Below are positions 52,834 through 61,925 of a stretch of 64,000 nucleotides of DNA, in pieces. Under the pieces are notes generated by a model. It ran no database searches, had not been told where the DNA came from, and was given only the letters and a program-made list of their open reading frames with translations. Positions within the stretch are counted from its first letter, which is position 1. Every line of letters starts with the position of its first letter. Origin of the DNA: a virus (lineage: Duplodnaviria > Caudoviricetes); the IMG/VR virus record IMGVR_UViG_3300012122_000001, positions 1 through 64,000 of that record; one strand, 5' to 3'. The translations under genes were made by a program, and so were the position numbers.

Positions 52834-54654
52834 CTACACCCCCACCGAAAGAGCATCCAGGATCTCGTCGGACGGGCGCATCCGCTCCGTGTTCTTGCCG
52901 ACCAGGACACCCGCGGTCCGGAGCGTCGAGAGGATGTTCCGGAAGCCGCCGGAGACTTCGTAGCCGGATGCCGTGGCGAGCTCGTTGATCGTCAGCCCGT
53001 TTCCGCCCGGCTTCTCGATCTCGATCAGCGCCTTGAGGGTCCGCTGCTCGCCGGTCCCGAAGGACTTGTGGTTGAGCCAGTAGTCGACGAACTCCTGACC
53101 CGTGAGGCGCTCCGAGACCGGCGCGACCGCGCGACCGGCGTCCGTCAGCTTCATGATCCCCGTGTTCAGCCCTTCCATGTATCCCGCCGTCCTGGCGGTC
53201 GCGAGCGTGTTCCGGAAGCCACCGGAGATCCGGTAGCCCGACAGCAGCGCCAGCTTGACGATGTCGCAGCCGTCCGGGTAGTCCACCAGGACCCCCAGGA
53301 CCGCCTTGACCGGCTTGTCGATGACCATGTCGCTCGAGGTCGGCGTGTTGAAGGCGAAAGCGTCCTTGTACTGAACCGGCTTCGTCACTGGAGCCTTCTT
53401 CTGAATCGGCGCCGGAGGCGGCGGCGCCTTCTGGGTCAGCTTCGACGTGTCGAGCTTCGCCGCCACGGCCTTGAGATCTCCGATCCATCGATCGACGTTG
53501 ATCATCCCGGAGAACTTCGTGATCGCTTCGACGGCCGACAGAGCCTTCTCCGCGGCCTTCGCGATCGCGCGGGCCTGCCGCTTCCCGACCACCGGAACCT
53601 CGACGATCTTGTCGACCGAGACCGTCTTCATGTCCGTCACGACTACCTGCTTCGTCTTCTCCAGGGTGGAGATCTTCCTCTGGAGCTCCTGGATCTCCGC
53701 GCGGAGCTGCTTCTCGTTCTTCGCCCTGGTGTCGACCTCCTTTGGGAGGTCCGCGAGCTTCGGCAGCAGCGTCTTGATGACCTCCGGCACGGGCGGCGCC
53801 TTGGCGCTGTAGCCCTTCGACCCGGCCTCCTGGTGCTTGGTCGAGACCGCGTCGACCTTGAAGAGGGTCCGCTCGTTCGCGACGGCGCGGCCGAAGGCGA
53901 TGAAGTCTCCGGGCTCGAGGTTCCGGAGCGTCTTCCGGAACTCCGGCTTGTCCTCGCGCGAGACCGACATGAGGTCGGTCGCGCGATCGACGTCGACGTC
54001 CTCGACCGTCATTCCGACGAGGCGGTTGAACAGCTCCGCAGAGGCGTCCTTGTCGAGCTTCGCGAGGCGCTGCGTGGCCCAGACGGCACAGAGACCGCGC
54101 TTCCGGCCGACGGTCGCCAGGGCGATCATCGCTTCCTTGCAGCGGGAGATGATCTCGCGCTCGACCATGCTGGCGGCCTTCGGCGACTCCTGGGGGCAGA
54201 ACTGGTGCGCCTCGTCGACGATGACGATGCAGTCGTGCCAGAGGTGCTTCGGCGCGTCGATCAGGCCCTCCAGGAAGGCCGCGACCCAGGCCCGTCGCCC
54301 GGACGGATTCGTCCGGAACGCCTCGTAGAGATCGCAGATCGTCGACGTGCCGAGCTCCAGGAGCTTCTCGGCGAGCAGCCGGGCCGACCGGACGTCTGCT
54401 TGGATGTCGGCGCCCTGGTCGACCTGCCCGACGTGCAGGAACCCGTACTTCGGCCGGAGGCTGGCGAACTCGCCCTCGCGGTCGATGATGATGATCTGGA
54501 CCTTCCCGAAGATCAGCTCCGCCAGCAACCTGATCAACCAGGACTTTCCGCCACCGGAGTTCGCCTGGATGAGCAGGCGCGTCCGGAGCAGCACCTCCAG
54601 GTGAAACTGGATTAGCTTGACACCGTGCCTTCCGATGACGATCCCTTTTGACAT
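52834..54654 (-). CDS. HerA/FtsK-superfamily (DUF87-like) ATPase with coiled coil and tandem C-terminal winged-helix repeats
   Basis: LLIQANSGGGKS, IIIIDREGEF, IVIVDEAH, GRKRG..WATQR; duplicated SGY..SGGFRN.L.TxRTAG. Confidence 0.85.
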   Translation of the reverse strand: MSKGIVIGRHGVKLIQFHLEVLLRTRLLIQANSGGGKSWLIRLLAELIFGKVQIIIIDREGEFASLRPKYGFLHVGQVDQGADIQADVRSARLLAEKLLELGTSTICDLYEAFRTNPSGRRAWVAAFLEGLIDAPKHLWHDCIVIVDEAHQFCPQESPKAASMVEREIISRCKEAMIALATVGRKRGLCAVWATQRLAKLDKDASAELFNRLVGMTVEDVDVDRATDLMSVSREDKPEFRKTLRNLEPGDFIAFGRAVANERTLFKVDAVSTKHQEAGSKGYSAKAPPVPEVIKTLLPKLADLPKEVDTRAKNEKQLRAEIQELQRKISTLEKTKQVVVTDMKTVSVDKIVEVPVVGKRQARAIAKAAEKALSAVEAITKFSGMINVDRWIGDLKAVAAKLDTSKLTQKAPPPPAPIQKKAPVTKPVQYKDAFAFNTPTSSDMVIDKPVKAVLGVLVDYPDGCDIVKLALLSGYRISGGFRNTLATARTAGYMEGLNTGIMKLTDAGRAVAPVSERLTGQEFVDYWLNHKSFGTGEQRTLKALIEIEKPGGNGLTINELATASGYEVSGGFRNILSTLRTAGVLVGKNTERMRPSDEILDALSVGV

Positions 54655-54680
54655 CCCCGTCTCCTTCTTCTTCCTTCTTC

Positions 54681-55472
54681 CTACCGGATCTTTCCAAACG
54701 CCGCGGATACCTCGTCCTCCGTTGTGTGGCTGTACACCTTCAAGAGCTCGATCGACGCCCACCGCATCTCCTGGCGGATCGTGTTGGGGTCCAGGCCGGA
54801 CCGAACGAGCCTACTCGCGCGGGTATGCCTCAAGATGTGAACAAGGCTCGCCCGATCCGGTTTGATCTTGTCGAGGATCCGCTCGAACGTCCTCTGGAAC
54901 GTCCTCTTCGCCATCGGGAAGAGGAGGTCGTCCGGCTTCATCTTCTTCGACCAGAGCTGGAGCTCGACGACGAACTTGCCTTTGTTGTCGAGGTGGACCG
55001 GCAGCAGAGGATGCCCGGCCTTCTTGAGCGTCGGGATCCGGACGATCGACAGCGGGCCGTCCTTGAACTCCAGGTGCCTCTTGCGGACCAGGAGCGTCTC
55101 CCCGCAGCGGCATCCGGTCTCGAGCGTGAAGCGCAGGCCGACTCCGAACGGCTTCTCGAGCTTGAAGGATGCGGCCAGGACTTTCGAGAACTCCGCGTCG
55201 TTCAGGAACTTCCTCGAGTCGAGCGAGGTCGACGTCGCGCTCGAAGCGGTCCCCTTGTAGTACTTCGACCGGCAGCAGCCCGCCACGCAAGTGATGATCT
55301 TGTCCTTCCGGCCGGAGACCTTCAGAGTCTTCTTCTCGCAGACGTGATCCTTGGCAGTGCAGGTCTTCGCGCGCCCCACCATGTTGAACCGGGCCATGAA
55401 CTCCCGGTTGCAGACGTGGCAGACCGCGGGAACGTTGTACTCCTTGTCGACTTTGTCGATCTTCTTCTTCAC
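54681..55472 (-). CDS. tyrosine recombinase with N-terminal Cys/His cluster
   Basis: ETGCRCGE (R), TLKK (K), HILRHT (HxxR), MRW (W in place of second H), KVYSH (Y); GTG overlapping upstream TGA. Confidence 0.85.
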   Translation of the reverse strand: MKKKIDKVDKEYNVPAVCHVCNREFMARFNMVGRAKTCTAKDHVCEKKTLKVSGRKDKIITCVAGCCRSKYYKGTASSATSTSLDSRKFLNDAEFSKVLAASFKLEKPFGVGLRFTLETGCRCGETLLVRKRHLEFKDGPLSIVRIPTLKKAGHPLLPVHLDNKGKFVVELQLWSKKMKPDDLLFPMAKRTFQRTFERILDKIKPDRASLVHILRHTRASRLVRSGLDPNTIRQEMRWASIELLKVYSHTTEDEVSAAFGKIR

Positions 55473-56707
55473 TTCGGTCCAAAGGGGTTGATTGCCTGGA
55501 GGCTCTCGATGGGCAACAGCGGCGCTCCCGCGATCTTCCTGGCCTTCAGAAACACCCCAGGGAAGGTCGGGATGTCCGACTCCAGGGTCACGATCTCCAT
55601 GTCCGCGAAGATCTTCTTGAACTGGTCGATCGTGAAGCGCCAGTGATCCTCGGGATACGGGTGGTACGGGAAGCCGGGCGACCGGGTGGTGATGACCAGG
55701 AGGCCGCCGGGCTTCGTCACGGCCTTCAGTTGCATGACGGCCTTGCGCCACTCCTTGACGTGCTCCATCATCTCTGTCGAGATCACCACGTCGAAGCGGT
55801 CCTCGCCGAACTCCTTCACGAGGTCGTTGACGCTGACGACGCGATCGACGCATGGGCCGGTCTGAGAGTCGACGCCCAGGTACGACTTCGGGCCGAGCTT
55901 GTCGACGACCGTCCGCGGCGTCCCGTTCACGTTGTAGCTCCCGACTTCGAGCACGGTCTTCTTCGTGACCTCGAACTCGGTCAGAGCCCTACGCAGAAAG
56001 TCCATGGCCGATGGGTGCATGTCATCCCTCCAGTATTTTTTCCACTCGGAAATCTTCGCGTCCGTTACGCTGCCGTTGTTGTAGAGCCACTGCGGGCCCA
56101 CGTTGTCCTGGGTCAGCCTCCCCATCTCCCCCCATCGGAAGTGCATTCCCGGATATCCCTCGACGCCGTAGAGGCTCTTCTCGATCCGGCGCCAATTCCG
56201 CATGAAGAGGTCGCGGTGCTTCAGCCAGAAGAACGTTCCGGCGTAGCACCAGGAGGATCCTCCGTGCTTGATCGCGTGCCGGAAGCATCCGATCGCCGGG
56301 TACTTCTGGAGCAGCCGCTCGATCGACGGGATGGACTCGAGGTTGAGGATGTACATCGCGCGGCACCAGTCGCGGATCGCGTCGACCTGCTTCCCGGTCC
56401 TGGTGACCCCCTTCGCGTGCGCGTAGAAGGTCGCCTCGTCCGGATCTCTCGACTCGAGGCGCCCCAGGGTCTCGATGAAGAGCCTCGTCTCCCCGAGCTC
56501 CCGATCGTTTCGCTCGAAGGAGACCTCGGCGTCGAGCCGCTCCAGGGCCTCGGTCACGACTGCCTTGGACTCCGTCTCCTTGTCCATCACGACGGTGATG
56601 ATCCGGCGCCCGTTCCAGGCGCTCCGGTATTCCAGGAGTCGGTCGACGTGCCATCTCCAGATCGATTCCTTCTTCGGGTACAGGTGAAACAGAAGGTTCC
56701 TTTTCAT
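55469..56707 (-). CDS. fusion of glycosyltransferase-like domain and SAM methyltransferase
   Basis: FYAHAKGVT..YAGTFFW N-domain; VLEVGSYNVNG, YLGVD, FDVVISTEMMEHV, KPGG C-domain. Confidence 0.75.
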   Translation of the reverse strand: MKRNLLFHLYPKKESIWRWHVDRLLEYRSAWNGRRIITVVMDKETESKAVVTEALERLDAEVSFERNDRELGETRLFIETLGRLESRDPDEATFYAHAKGVTRTGKQVDAIRDWCRAMYILNLESIPSIERLLQKYPAIGCFRHAIKHGGSSWCYAGTFFWLKHRDLFMRNWRRIEKSLYGVEGYPGMHFRWGEMGRLTQDNVGPQWLYNNGSVTDAKISEWKKYWRDDMHPSAMDFLRRALTEFEVTKKTVLEVGSYNVNGTPRTVVDKLGPKSYLGVDSQTGPCVDRVVSVNDLVKEFGEDRFDVVISTEMMEHVKEWRKAVMQLKAVTKPGGLLVITTRSPGFPYHPYPEDHWRFTIDQFKKIFADMEIVTLESDIPTFPGVFLKARKIAGAPLLPIESLQAINPFGPK

Positions 56708-56973
56708 CGCGGATACTCACGGGATCCTTCCAGCTCCAGGAGCCCGGCTCTGACGGCCTGGACGAGCGTGCTGACCTCCTCGGAATACCACCAGGACCCG
56801 GAGTTCCAGTTCCAGATCGCGACCATGCCGTGATGGACCATCAGTCCGGCGTGGAAGTATCGGTCCTCTTTGTCGAAGCTCCAGTAGAGGTCCGAGAAGT
56901 CCTCGTACGAAACCGCTAGAGCAGGGCAATAGAAATCGATCGGCTTGCTTGGTGTTACTGCTTCGGATCCCAT
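56704..56973 (-). CDS. hypothetical aromatic-rich protein
   Basis: MGSEAV start after GAAGAGAG; ATGA coupling. Confidence 0.5.
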   Translation of the reverse strand: MGSEAVTPSKPIDFYCPALAVSYEDFSDLYWSFDKEDRYFHAGLMVHHGMVAIWNWNSGSWWYSEEVSTLVQAVRAGLLELEGSREYPR

Positions 56974-57108
56974 CTCTCTTCTTCCATGCTCCAGAATCGC
57001 TGGCCCCTCTGCGATGCGCGAGTTACAGTCTGCGTCGTACAATGGCCGCTTCGTCAAGCAGCCGCACCCGCGGGTTTCCTCGCGCACCGCAAAGGAGCCA
57101 GTCCGAGG

Positions 57109-57144
57109 AGTGTACCATACGGCACTCTTGTCTGCTAGAGTGCC
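57109..57144 (-). promoter_or_regulatory. extended -10 promoter (TG-N-TACACT) with palindromic operator copy 3 (57121-57144)
   Basis: GGCACTCT-N8-AGAGTGCC perfect 8-bp inverted repeat. Confidence 0.5.
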
Positions 57145-57154
57145 ATGAAATTTC

Positions 57155-57412
57155 CTATGCTTTCGGAACTCTCCACCGCGGCAGCGGGCATCCACCGAAA
57201 CTATCTTCCGGGTGCCCGCAGTTCAGCTCTTCTCCGTGCATCGGGCACGCCCTGTAGATCAGGGTGTGGAAGCACGTTCCACAGTTCGAGCAGCGCCTCC
57301 ATTGGTAATCAACAAATCCGACGGCGTCGCTGATGAAGACGCGCTTGTGGTGGCCTCTCTTGAGCAGGCGATGGAAGAACCTTTTGATCGAGAACCACGA
57401 AACGTAGGACAT
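57155..57412 (-). CDS. small Cys-rich protein
   Basis: CSNC..CPMH..CGH..C. Confidence 0.5.
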   Translation of the reverse strand: MSYVSWFSIKRFFHRLLKRGHHKRVFISDAVGFVDYQWRRCSNCGTCFHTLIYRACPMHGEELNCGHPEDSFGGCPLPRWRVPKA

Positions 57413-57690
57413 CAATCCCCTCCCACGAACTTCAGATTCTTCTCCGAGACGGCGATCGCGTATTTCAGGTAGCAGTTGTCGATCGTGTCGAACCGCTTCC
57501 AGAGCGGCCGGTGGTCGTGGATCCACCACTCCGCCAGGGCGCCGAAGGATCCGGACAGCGGGCCGGTGTCCTTGGTCTTGACCCACTTGGCGAACCCCTT
57601 CCGGGCCTTCGTCAGGTCTTCCCAGGTCACCGGCAGGATCACTGCGGTGAACTGGCGCTCTTTTTCTCCGCGCAGCAGGATCGTAATCAT
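57412..57690 (-). CDS. hypothetical protein
   Basis: MITILLRG start, TGATG coupling. Confidence 0.5.
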   Translation of the reverse strand: MITILLRGEKERQFTAVILPVTWEDLTKARKGFAKWVKTKDTGPLSGSFGALAEWWIHDHRPLWKRFDTIDNCYLKYAIAVSEKNLKFVGGD

Positions 57691-57754
57691 AGGGGCATCA
57701 AAGCAAATCCTATGCCGACCGATGCTCCTGGGGAGCGCATCAAGGAGGTGAACG

Positions 57755-57958
57755 CTATCGTTCATTGTGGTGAACGCTTCCGTGTATCGGGCCCCACTGG
57801 AGATGCCACCGCAGGCCGCACTTGCAGACCGCGGCGCCGTCCTTCGTCCTGACGTAGTCGGGCGACTTCACGCGGCGCCTGGACGGCGTCGCGATCGTGA
57901 ACCGGCACCCGCAGGGGAACTTCTCAGGCGCCAGGAAGAACGCGGCGACGGCGGGCAT
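57755..57958 (-). CDS. small zinc-ribbon protein
   Basis: CGC...CKC. Confidence 0.45.
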   Translation of the reverse strand: MPAVAAFFLAPEKFPCGCRFTIATPSRRRVKSPDYVRTKDGAAVCKCGLRWHLQWGPIHGSVHHNER

Positions 57959-57960
57959 CC

Positions 57961-58350
57961 TTACCTTTTCTGTGCCAGCTTGACTTCGAACTTCATCTGG
58001 CTCCAGCGCACCGGGAACCGCTTCTTCGACAGCTCGACCATCTCCTCGAACGTGAACGTGCCCTGGGCGAAGTAGTTGCTGTTCGATCCAGGTCGCGTGT
58101 CGATCGTGCGGTCCCAGAACGAGAGCGCCGTCCATCCATCTTTGTGATGAAGCAGAGCTTCTCCGACAACTTCAGGGCAGCTTCTAGAATAGCCATCCCC
58201 AGGAACGCTGCCCTGGCAGAGGCCCCCGTCCACCTCTTTCCACGGAACATCGGGATGAGGGTAGTCGTAGATCCGGCCGCCCTCCTCCGAGTAGAAGTAG
58301 TGCCCGACATCTCCGAGGGGACCGAAGTACAGCATTTTCGGCTCTGACAT
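57961..58350 (-). CDS. hypothetical phage protein
   Basis: YFG..GHY..GWTALSFWDRTIDTRPGSNS. Confidence 0.6.
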   Translation of the reverse strand: MSEPKMLYFGPLGDVGHYFYSEEGGRIYDYPHPDVPWKEVDGGLCQGSVPGDGYSRSCPEVVGEALLHHKDGWTALSFWDRTIDTRPGSNSNYFAQGTFTFEEMVELSKKRFPVRWSQMKFEVKLAQKR

Positions 58351-58353
58351 TCT

Positions 58354-58560
58354 TCACCTTTTCTGTGCCAACAAGACCTTGAGCCGCTTCCAGCACGGGT
58401 CGCACAAGGCGACGAAGTGCTGGCAAAGATGTCCCAGGTGGATCAGGTGGCGAGGGCGGTCGATCTTCCCGCAGGAATGGCATTCGGCATCGTCCTCGGT
58501 GAATCGTTCGAGGCGGATCCCTTCGGAAGCGTATGTGCGGTCTGGAGCAGTCTTCGGCAT
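58354..58560 (-). CDS. small zinc-finger protein
   Basis: CHSC...CDPC. Confidence 0.55.
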   Translation of the reverse strand: MPKTAPDRTYASEGIRLERFTEDDAECHSCGKIDRPRHLIHLGHLCQHFVALCDPCWKRLKVLLAQKR

Positions 58561-58569
58561 TCTTTACCT

Positions 58570-58857
58570 CTACCGTGCCAACTCGAAACACTTCTCAAAG
58601 TCTTCATTGGAGTACGGGCAGCGACTCCCATCCTCAAGGGTCACGACCCATTCTCCAGGGCGGATCTGAATTTTCCCGCTCCCCGTATCGACGAAGTAGC
58701 TGTAGATCGGTCCGTACTTGTGCCTGAAGAAGCTCTGGTCGCTCGAATCTCCACCATAGCGAGCCTCTGGGCCACGCTCGACTCCGGCAGGAAGCGGATC
58801 GTCGGAGTTCACGAACTGGACCGCGTCGACCTCGATCCGCTTCGTCGTATATTTCAT
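58570..58857 (-). CDS. conserved small phage protein
   Basis: KRIEVDAVQF...PGEWVV...PY..EDFEKCFE pattern. Confidence 0.6.
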   Translation of the reverse strand: MKYTTKRIEVDAVQFVNSDDPLPAGVERGPEARYGGDSSDQSFFRHKYGPIYSYFVDTGSGKIQIRPGEWVVTLEDGSRCPYSNEDFEKCFELAR

Positions 58858-58867
58858 CGCTTCGCCT

Positions 58868-59032
58868 TCACCCAGAAATAGAAACAGGCGCCATGCTAAA
58901 CCGAACGAACACCGGCCGATTCTTGTGCTTCTTGCACGTCAGGGAGATTCCGTGGCCGCGGCACTCGTAGCCACCGTTGCACGCTTTGCAGACGTACTTC
59001 CTGACTGGGCGACGGCAGTGGAAGCACTTCAA
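58868..59032 (-). CDS. small Cys-rich protein
   Basis: TTG start overlapping upstream TGA; CFHC..CKAC..C..H. Confidence 0.4.
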   Translation of the reverse strand: MKCFHCRRPVRKYVCKACNGGYECRGHGISLTCKKHKNRPVFVRFSMAPVSISG

Positions 59033-59181
59033 TGGCTCCTCTTCCCCTTGCACTCGCCACAGCAGCGGCGATTCTTCCTGGTCTTGTTCGGACCCTGGCA
59101 TCGCTTCAGCGGCTTCGCGCAGTAGAAGCAGGGCCAGCCCATCGCCTGCCTGGGGCTCTCCACGATCGTGATCTTCGGCAT
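59029..59181 (-). CDS. small Cys-rich protein
   Basis: CFYC...CCGEC; TGATG coupling. Confidence 0.45.
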   Translation of the reverse strand: MPKITIVESPRQAMGWPCFYCAKPLKRCQGPNKTRKNRRCCGECKGKRSH

Positions 59182-59783
59182 CAGACCTCCACCTGGGTCT
59201 TGAAGTAGTGGAGCACTCTGTTGACGAACTCGATGTACTTCTCCATGTAGGTGCTGGTGCGGTCCGCCTTCTCCCGGACTCCGATGACCGCATTGGAGAG
59301 GCTCTGGCCGACTCCGATCCCGTGGTTTCCCTCGGCCTGATACAGCTTGTCGCTGCGTTCCCAGACCTTCATCTTGAACTCGGGGTGTGACCGGAAGGTC
59401 CAGGTGTTCCAGCCATCCTTGGACGTCTTCAGGGTCACCCGAAGCTTCGGGACGCGCTTCCTGGTGCCGACAGGCGCCGGATCCCCGCCGCCGAAGTACT
59501 GCTTCCAGTTCGCGGAGACGTCGATGTACGGGCGAGCCAGGAGGGCCGCCTGGGACTCTTCCATCGTCCGGCCGGTCGCCGAGGCGTAGCTCTCGATGAT
59601 CTTCCAGAAGCGGTTGTCCAGCCACTCGTCCAGGTGGAGGCTGTTGTCGATCTCGTTCCGGTCCCGGAACATTTGGATCCCGGCCTCGTTCAGGCGTCCG
59701 CGGACGGTGTCCTTCCAGGAGACGTAGTAGTCCCACTCCTTCAGGAGCTCCAGGACTTCTTCCTCGCTGTACTTTCTCGGCAT
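59181..59783 (-). CDS. hypothetical protein
   Basis: 200 aa, normal codon usage. Confidence 0.65.
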   Translation of the reverse strand: MPRKYSEEEVLELLKEWDYYVSWKDTVRGRLNEAGIQMFRDRNEIDNSLHLDEWLDNRFWKIIESYASATGRTMEESQAALLARPYIDVSANWKQYFGGGDPAPVGTRKRVPKLRVTLKTSKDGWNTWTFRSHPEFKMKVWERSDKLYQAEGNHGIGVGQSLSNAVIGVREKADRTSTYMEKYIEFVNRVLHYFKTQVEV

Positions 59784-59796
59784 AACCGATCTCCCT

Positions 59797-59982
59797 CTAG
59801 GCCTTCTTGGTGACGCACTTTAGAACGTCGCCGAATGCCATCCCCCATAGTACTCCGGTTATGGCTACCGAGGCTATCTTCATCCAGTGGAACTCACCCC
59901 ACCAGAGCGCAGACGAAATGGTGCCCGAGAAGCAGAAGGTGTGGCAGCCCACCAGGATGAGTTTCCTCCGGGCGGTCGTCAC
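59797..59982 (-). CDS. small membrane protein
   Basis: Two hydrophobic stretches. Confidence 0.45.
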   Translation of the reverse strand: MTTARRKLILVGCHTFCFSGTISSALWWGEFHWMKIASVAITGVLWGMAFGDVLKCVTKKA

Positions 59983-59983
59983 G

Positions 59984-60331
59984 TTAGATGAACTCCTTGT
60001 CCGCCTTGTCGGCCTCCAGCCACCGGACCGGCTTCCCGGTCTTGACGGCGTGGCGGATCTCGCCGCGCGTCGAATCGCCGATGTAGCCGCCGACGTTCAG
60101 CACCAGGATCTCGTCGGAGATGTCGATCTTCTGTTTGTGGAGGACGTCCAGGGCCTCCTTCTGCTGGGGCGTGATGCCCACGCCCTCGCCATGGACCTGG
60201 GCGTTGTGGGGATAGAATCCGACCGAGAGGACGATCCGCCCCTCCATCGTCTCCCGGAAATTGGCCTCCTGGAAGGCCGGATAGAACCTCGTCGACCCGC
60301 ACAGAGTCACGACCCTCGGCTTGCTCATCAC
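59984..60331 (-). CDS. nucleoside 2-deoxyribosyltransferase-like protein
   Basis: VTLCGSTRF..HKQKIDISDEILVLNVGGYIGDSTRGEI..A..GKPV. Confidence 0.65.
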   Translation of the reverse strand: MMSKPRVVTLCGSTRFYPAFQEANFRETMEGRIVLSVGFYPHNAQVHGEGVGITPQQKEALDVLHKQKIDISDEILVLNVGGYIGDSTRGEIRHAVKTGKPVRWLEADKADKEFI

Positions 60332-60337
60332 CCCTCC

Positions 60338-60706
60338 TTAGAAGTTCACGATCGCCACGCAGTCCAGACACGGGCACTTGCAGTCGTCGGTTTTCACGCA
60401 GATCAGACCGTAGCAGTGGACGGCTTTGACCTTCCCATCCTTCAGCGTTCCGACCTTCCTGGAGTACTCCAGGTACTTCTCGACTCGCGCGCGCTTCGCC
60501 GCTTTGTCCTCATCGCGCACGTCGAGACCGAGCATCTCGATCATCGCCACCACGTCGGCCGCCTCGCGCTCCAGGCGCCGCTTGTTGTCCTCGCCCTGCC
60601 CCTCCTGGACGTCGGCGAGTCCGAACCGGAGCACCTTGCACACTCGCTGCGTGACCTCGCCGCATTCCTCAGCCAGGATGGTCAACAGGTGTTCGGTTCT
60701 GTTCAT
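60338..60706 (-). CDS. MazG-like nucleotide pyrophosphohydrolase
   Basis: LAEECGEVTQ..KVLRFG..LEREAADV. Confidence 0.7.
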   Translation of the reverse strand: MNRTEHLLTILAEECGEVTQRVCKVLRFGLADVQEGQGEDNKRRLEREAADVVAMIEMLGLDVRDEDKAAKRARVEKYLEYSRKVGTLKDGKVKAVHCYGLICVKTDDCKCPCLDCVAIVNF

Positions 60707-60924
60707 AGATCACTCGGAAGGCGGACGATCCGGACGTCCCGCTTGATGCTCTTCTTCGCGGCCTGGAGACCGTGATGCTGCCAGCAGTAGTTCCTGAGGC
60801 CTGGACCCATGACCTTCTTCGGATGGACCGGGTGACAGGCGCGCGACCACTCGTCGATGACTTCCAGGCACTCCTTCTTCGCCTTCTCGAATCCCCTGAC
60901 GAACGCCTCTTGCTCTGCTGACAC
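60703..60924 (-). CDS. hypothetical protein
   Basis: 73 aa, GTG start. Confidence 0.45.
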   Translation of the reverse strand: MSAEQEAFVRGFEKAKKECLEVIDEWSRACHPVHPKKVMGPGLRNYCWQHHGLQAAKKSIKRDVRIVRLPSDL

Positions 60925-60925
60925 G

Positions 60926-61180
60926 TTACGCTCCTTTCACTCCGGACCACGGCCAATCCCGACGAAATAGGTGCGGATGCGACACCCTCAACTGCTCCAG
61001 AGCGTCTCGATGCGCCTTGCACATTCCCCCCTGGGGATGCAGCGTCTTCATGCACTCCGGACCGCAGTACCACCAGTCGCCTTCCCATTCTCCGCACGGC
61101 ATCTTCGGCTTGTCCTTCTTGCAGGTCATGCAGACGACGTGCGGGATGTAGCAGGCCGGGCACGCGGGAACCTCGTACAT
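60926..61180 (-). CDS. small Cys-rich protein
   Basis: CPAC..CMTC..CGPEC..C..H. Confidence 0.5.
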   Translation of the reverse strand: MYEVPACPACYIPHVVCMTCKKDKPKMPCGEWEGDWWYCGPECMKTLHPQGGMCKAHRDALEQLRVSHPHLFRRDWPWSGVKGA

Positions 61181-61182
61181 TT

Positions 61183-61533
61183 TTACCACCTCATCCACTC
61201 CTTCTCGTCCGGGACGATCTTGCCGCTCTGGATCGTCCAGGCGCCCTTGGATGCCTCGCCGATGCAGTAGAACCCCATGCTCTTGCAGTTCTGGCGATCG
61301 CAGATCCACTTCGTCACATAGCAGACCCTGTCGTGATGGAGATTGTGCCAGCCGTTGGGACAGTTGCCGAACGGCACCATCCAGACCCTCTTGTCGATCG
61401 ACAGGTGCCGCTTCCTGCAAGGAAGAAGCAGGCACGGGAAGGCCTTGAAGAGCTTGTGGACGAGATTGACGACGATCAGGATCGCAAGGACGCTGGCGAA
61501 TACGATTAGAAACGCAAGGTCACCCGTTGTCAT
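61183..61533 (-). CDS. membrane-anchored Cys-rich protein
   Basis: N-terminal TM, several Cys/His. Confidence 0.5.
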   Translation of the reverse strand: MTTGDLAFLIVFASVLAILIVVNLVHKLFKAFPCLLLPCRKRHLSIDKRVWMVPFGNCPNGWHNLHHDRVCYVTKWICDRQNCKSMGFYCIGEASKGAWTIQSGKIVPDEKEWMRW

Positions 61534-61637
61534 TTGCCCCTCTTCTTCCTGTCCCTGGCGCAAAGGATCGCCCAGACCAGCACTCCGAAGCCGAGCCCGA
61601 GCGCCATCGGGACGAACGGCGACAGCTCCGGCACGAG

Positions 61638-61841
61638 CTACTCCTTCCCGCCCATGAACGCTTTGATGCCCTTGACGATGATCCCGGAGATCTTGTTCTG
61701 GTCCTTGCCCTCGCCCATGTCGATCGCCTTCTGGACGATCTCCATGAGGTCGTTCCTCATCCCCTTCTTGCTGGGGTCGTCCTTGCTGTACCGCTCCAGG
61801 AACGTGTCGACCTGCTTCATCAGATCCGTCAGCATCTTCAT
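61638..61841 (-). CDS. small helical protein
   Basis: AAGGAG RBS. Confidence 0.55.
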   Translation of the reverse strand: MKMLTDLMKQVDTFLERYSKDDPSKKGMRNDLMEIVQKAIDMGEGKDQNKISGIIVKGIKAFMGGKE

Positions 61842-61925
61842 ATCTCCTTTTTGTGATATAATCCGTTCAACACCCGCCCCACACGGAGGGGGTTGCGTTC
61901 CGGCTGTACCGGCCGTGGCCCCCTC

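Noticed and set aside
57121-57144. Canonical CIRCE element
   Set aside because: Inner spacer is 10 nt rather than 9 and no chaperone genes follow; kept only as CIRCE-like
61854-61862. Perfect extended -10 (TGATATAAT) on the plus strand
   Set aside because: Points antisense into the GT4 gene with no -35 or clear product; it may be chance in an AT-rich RBS region
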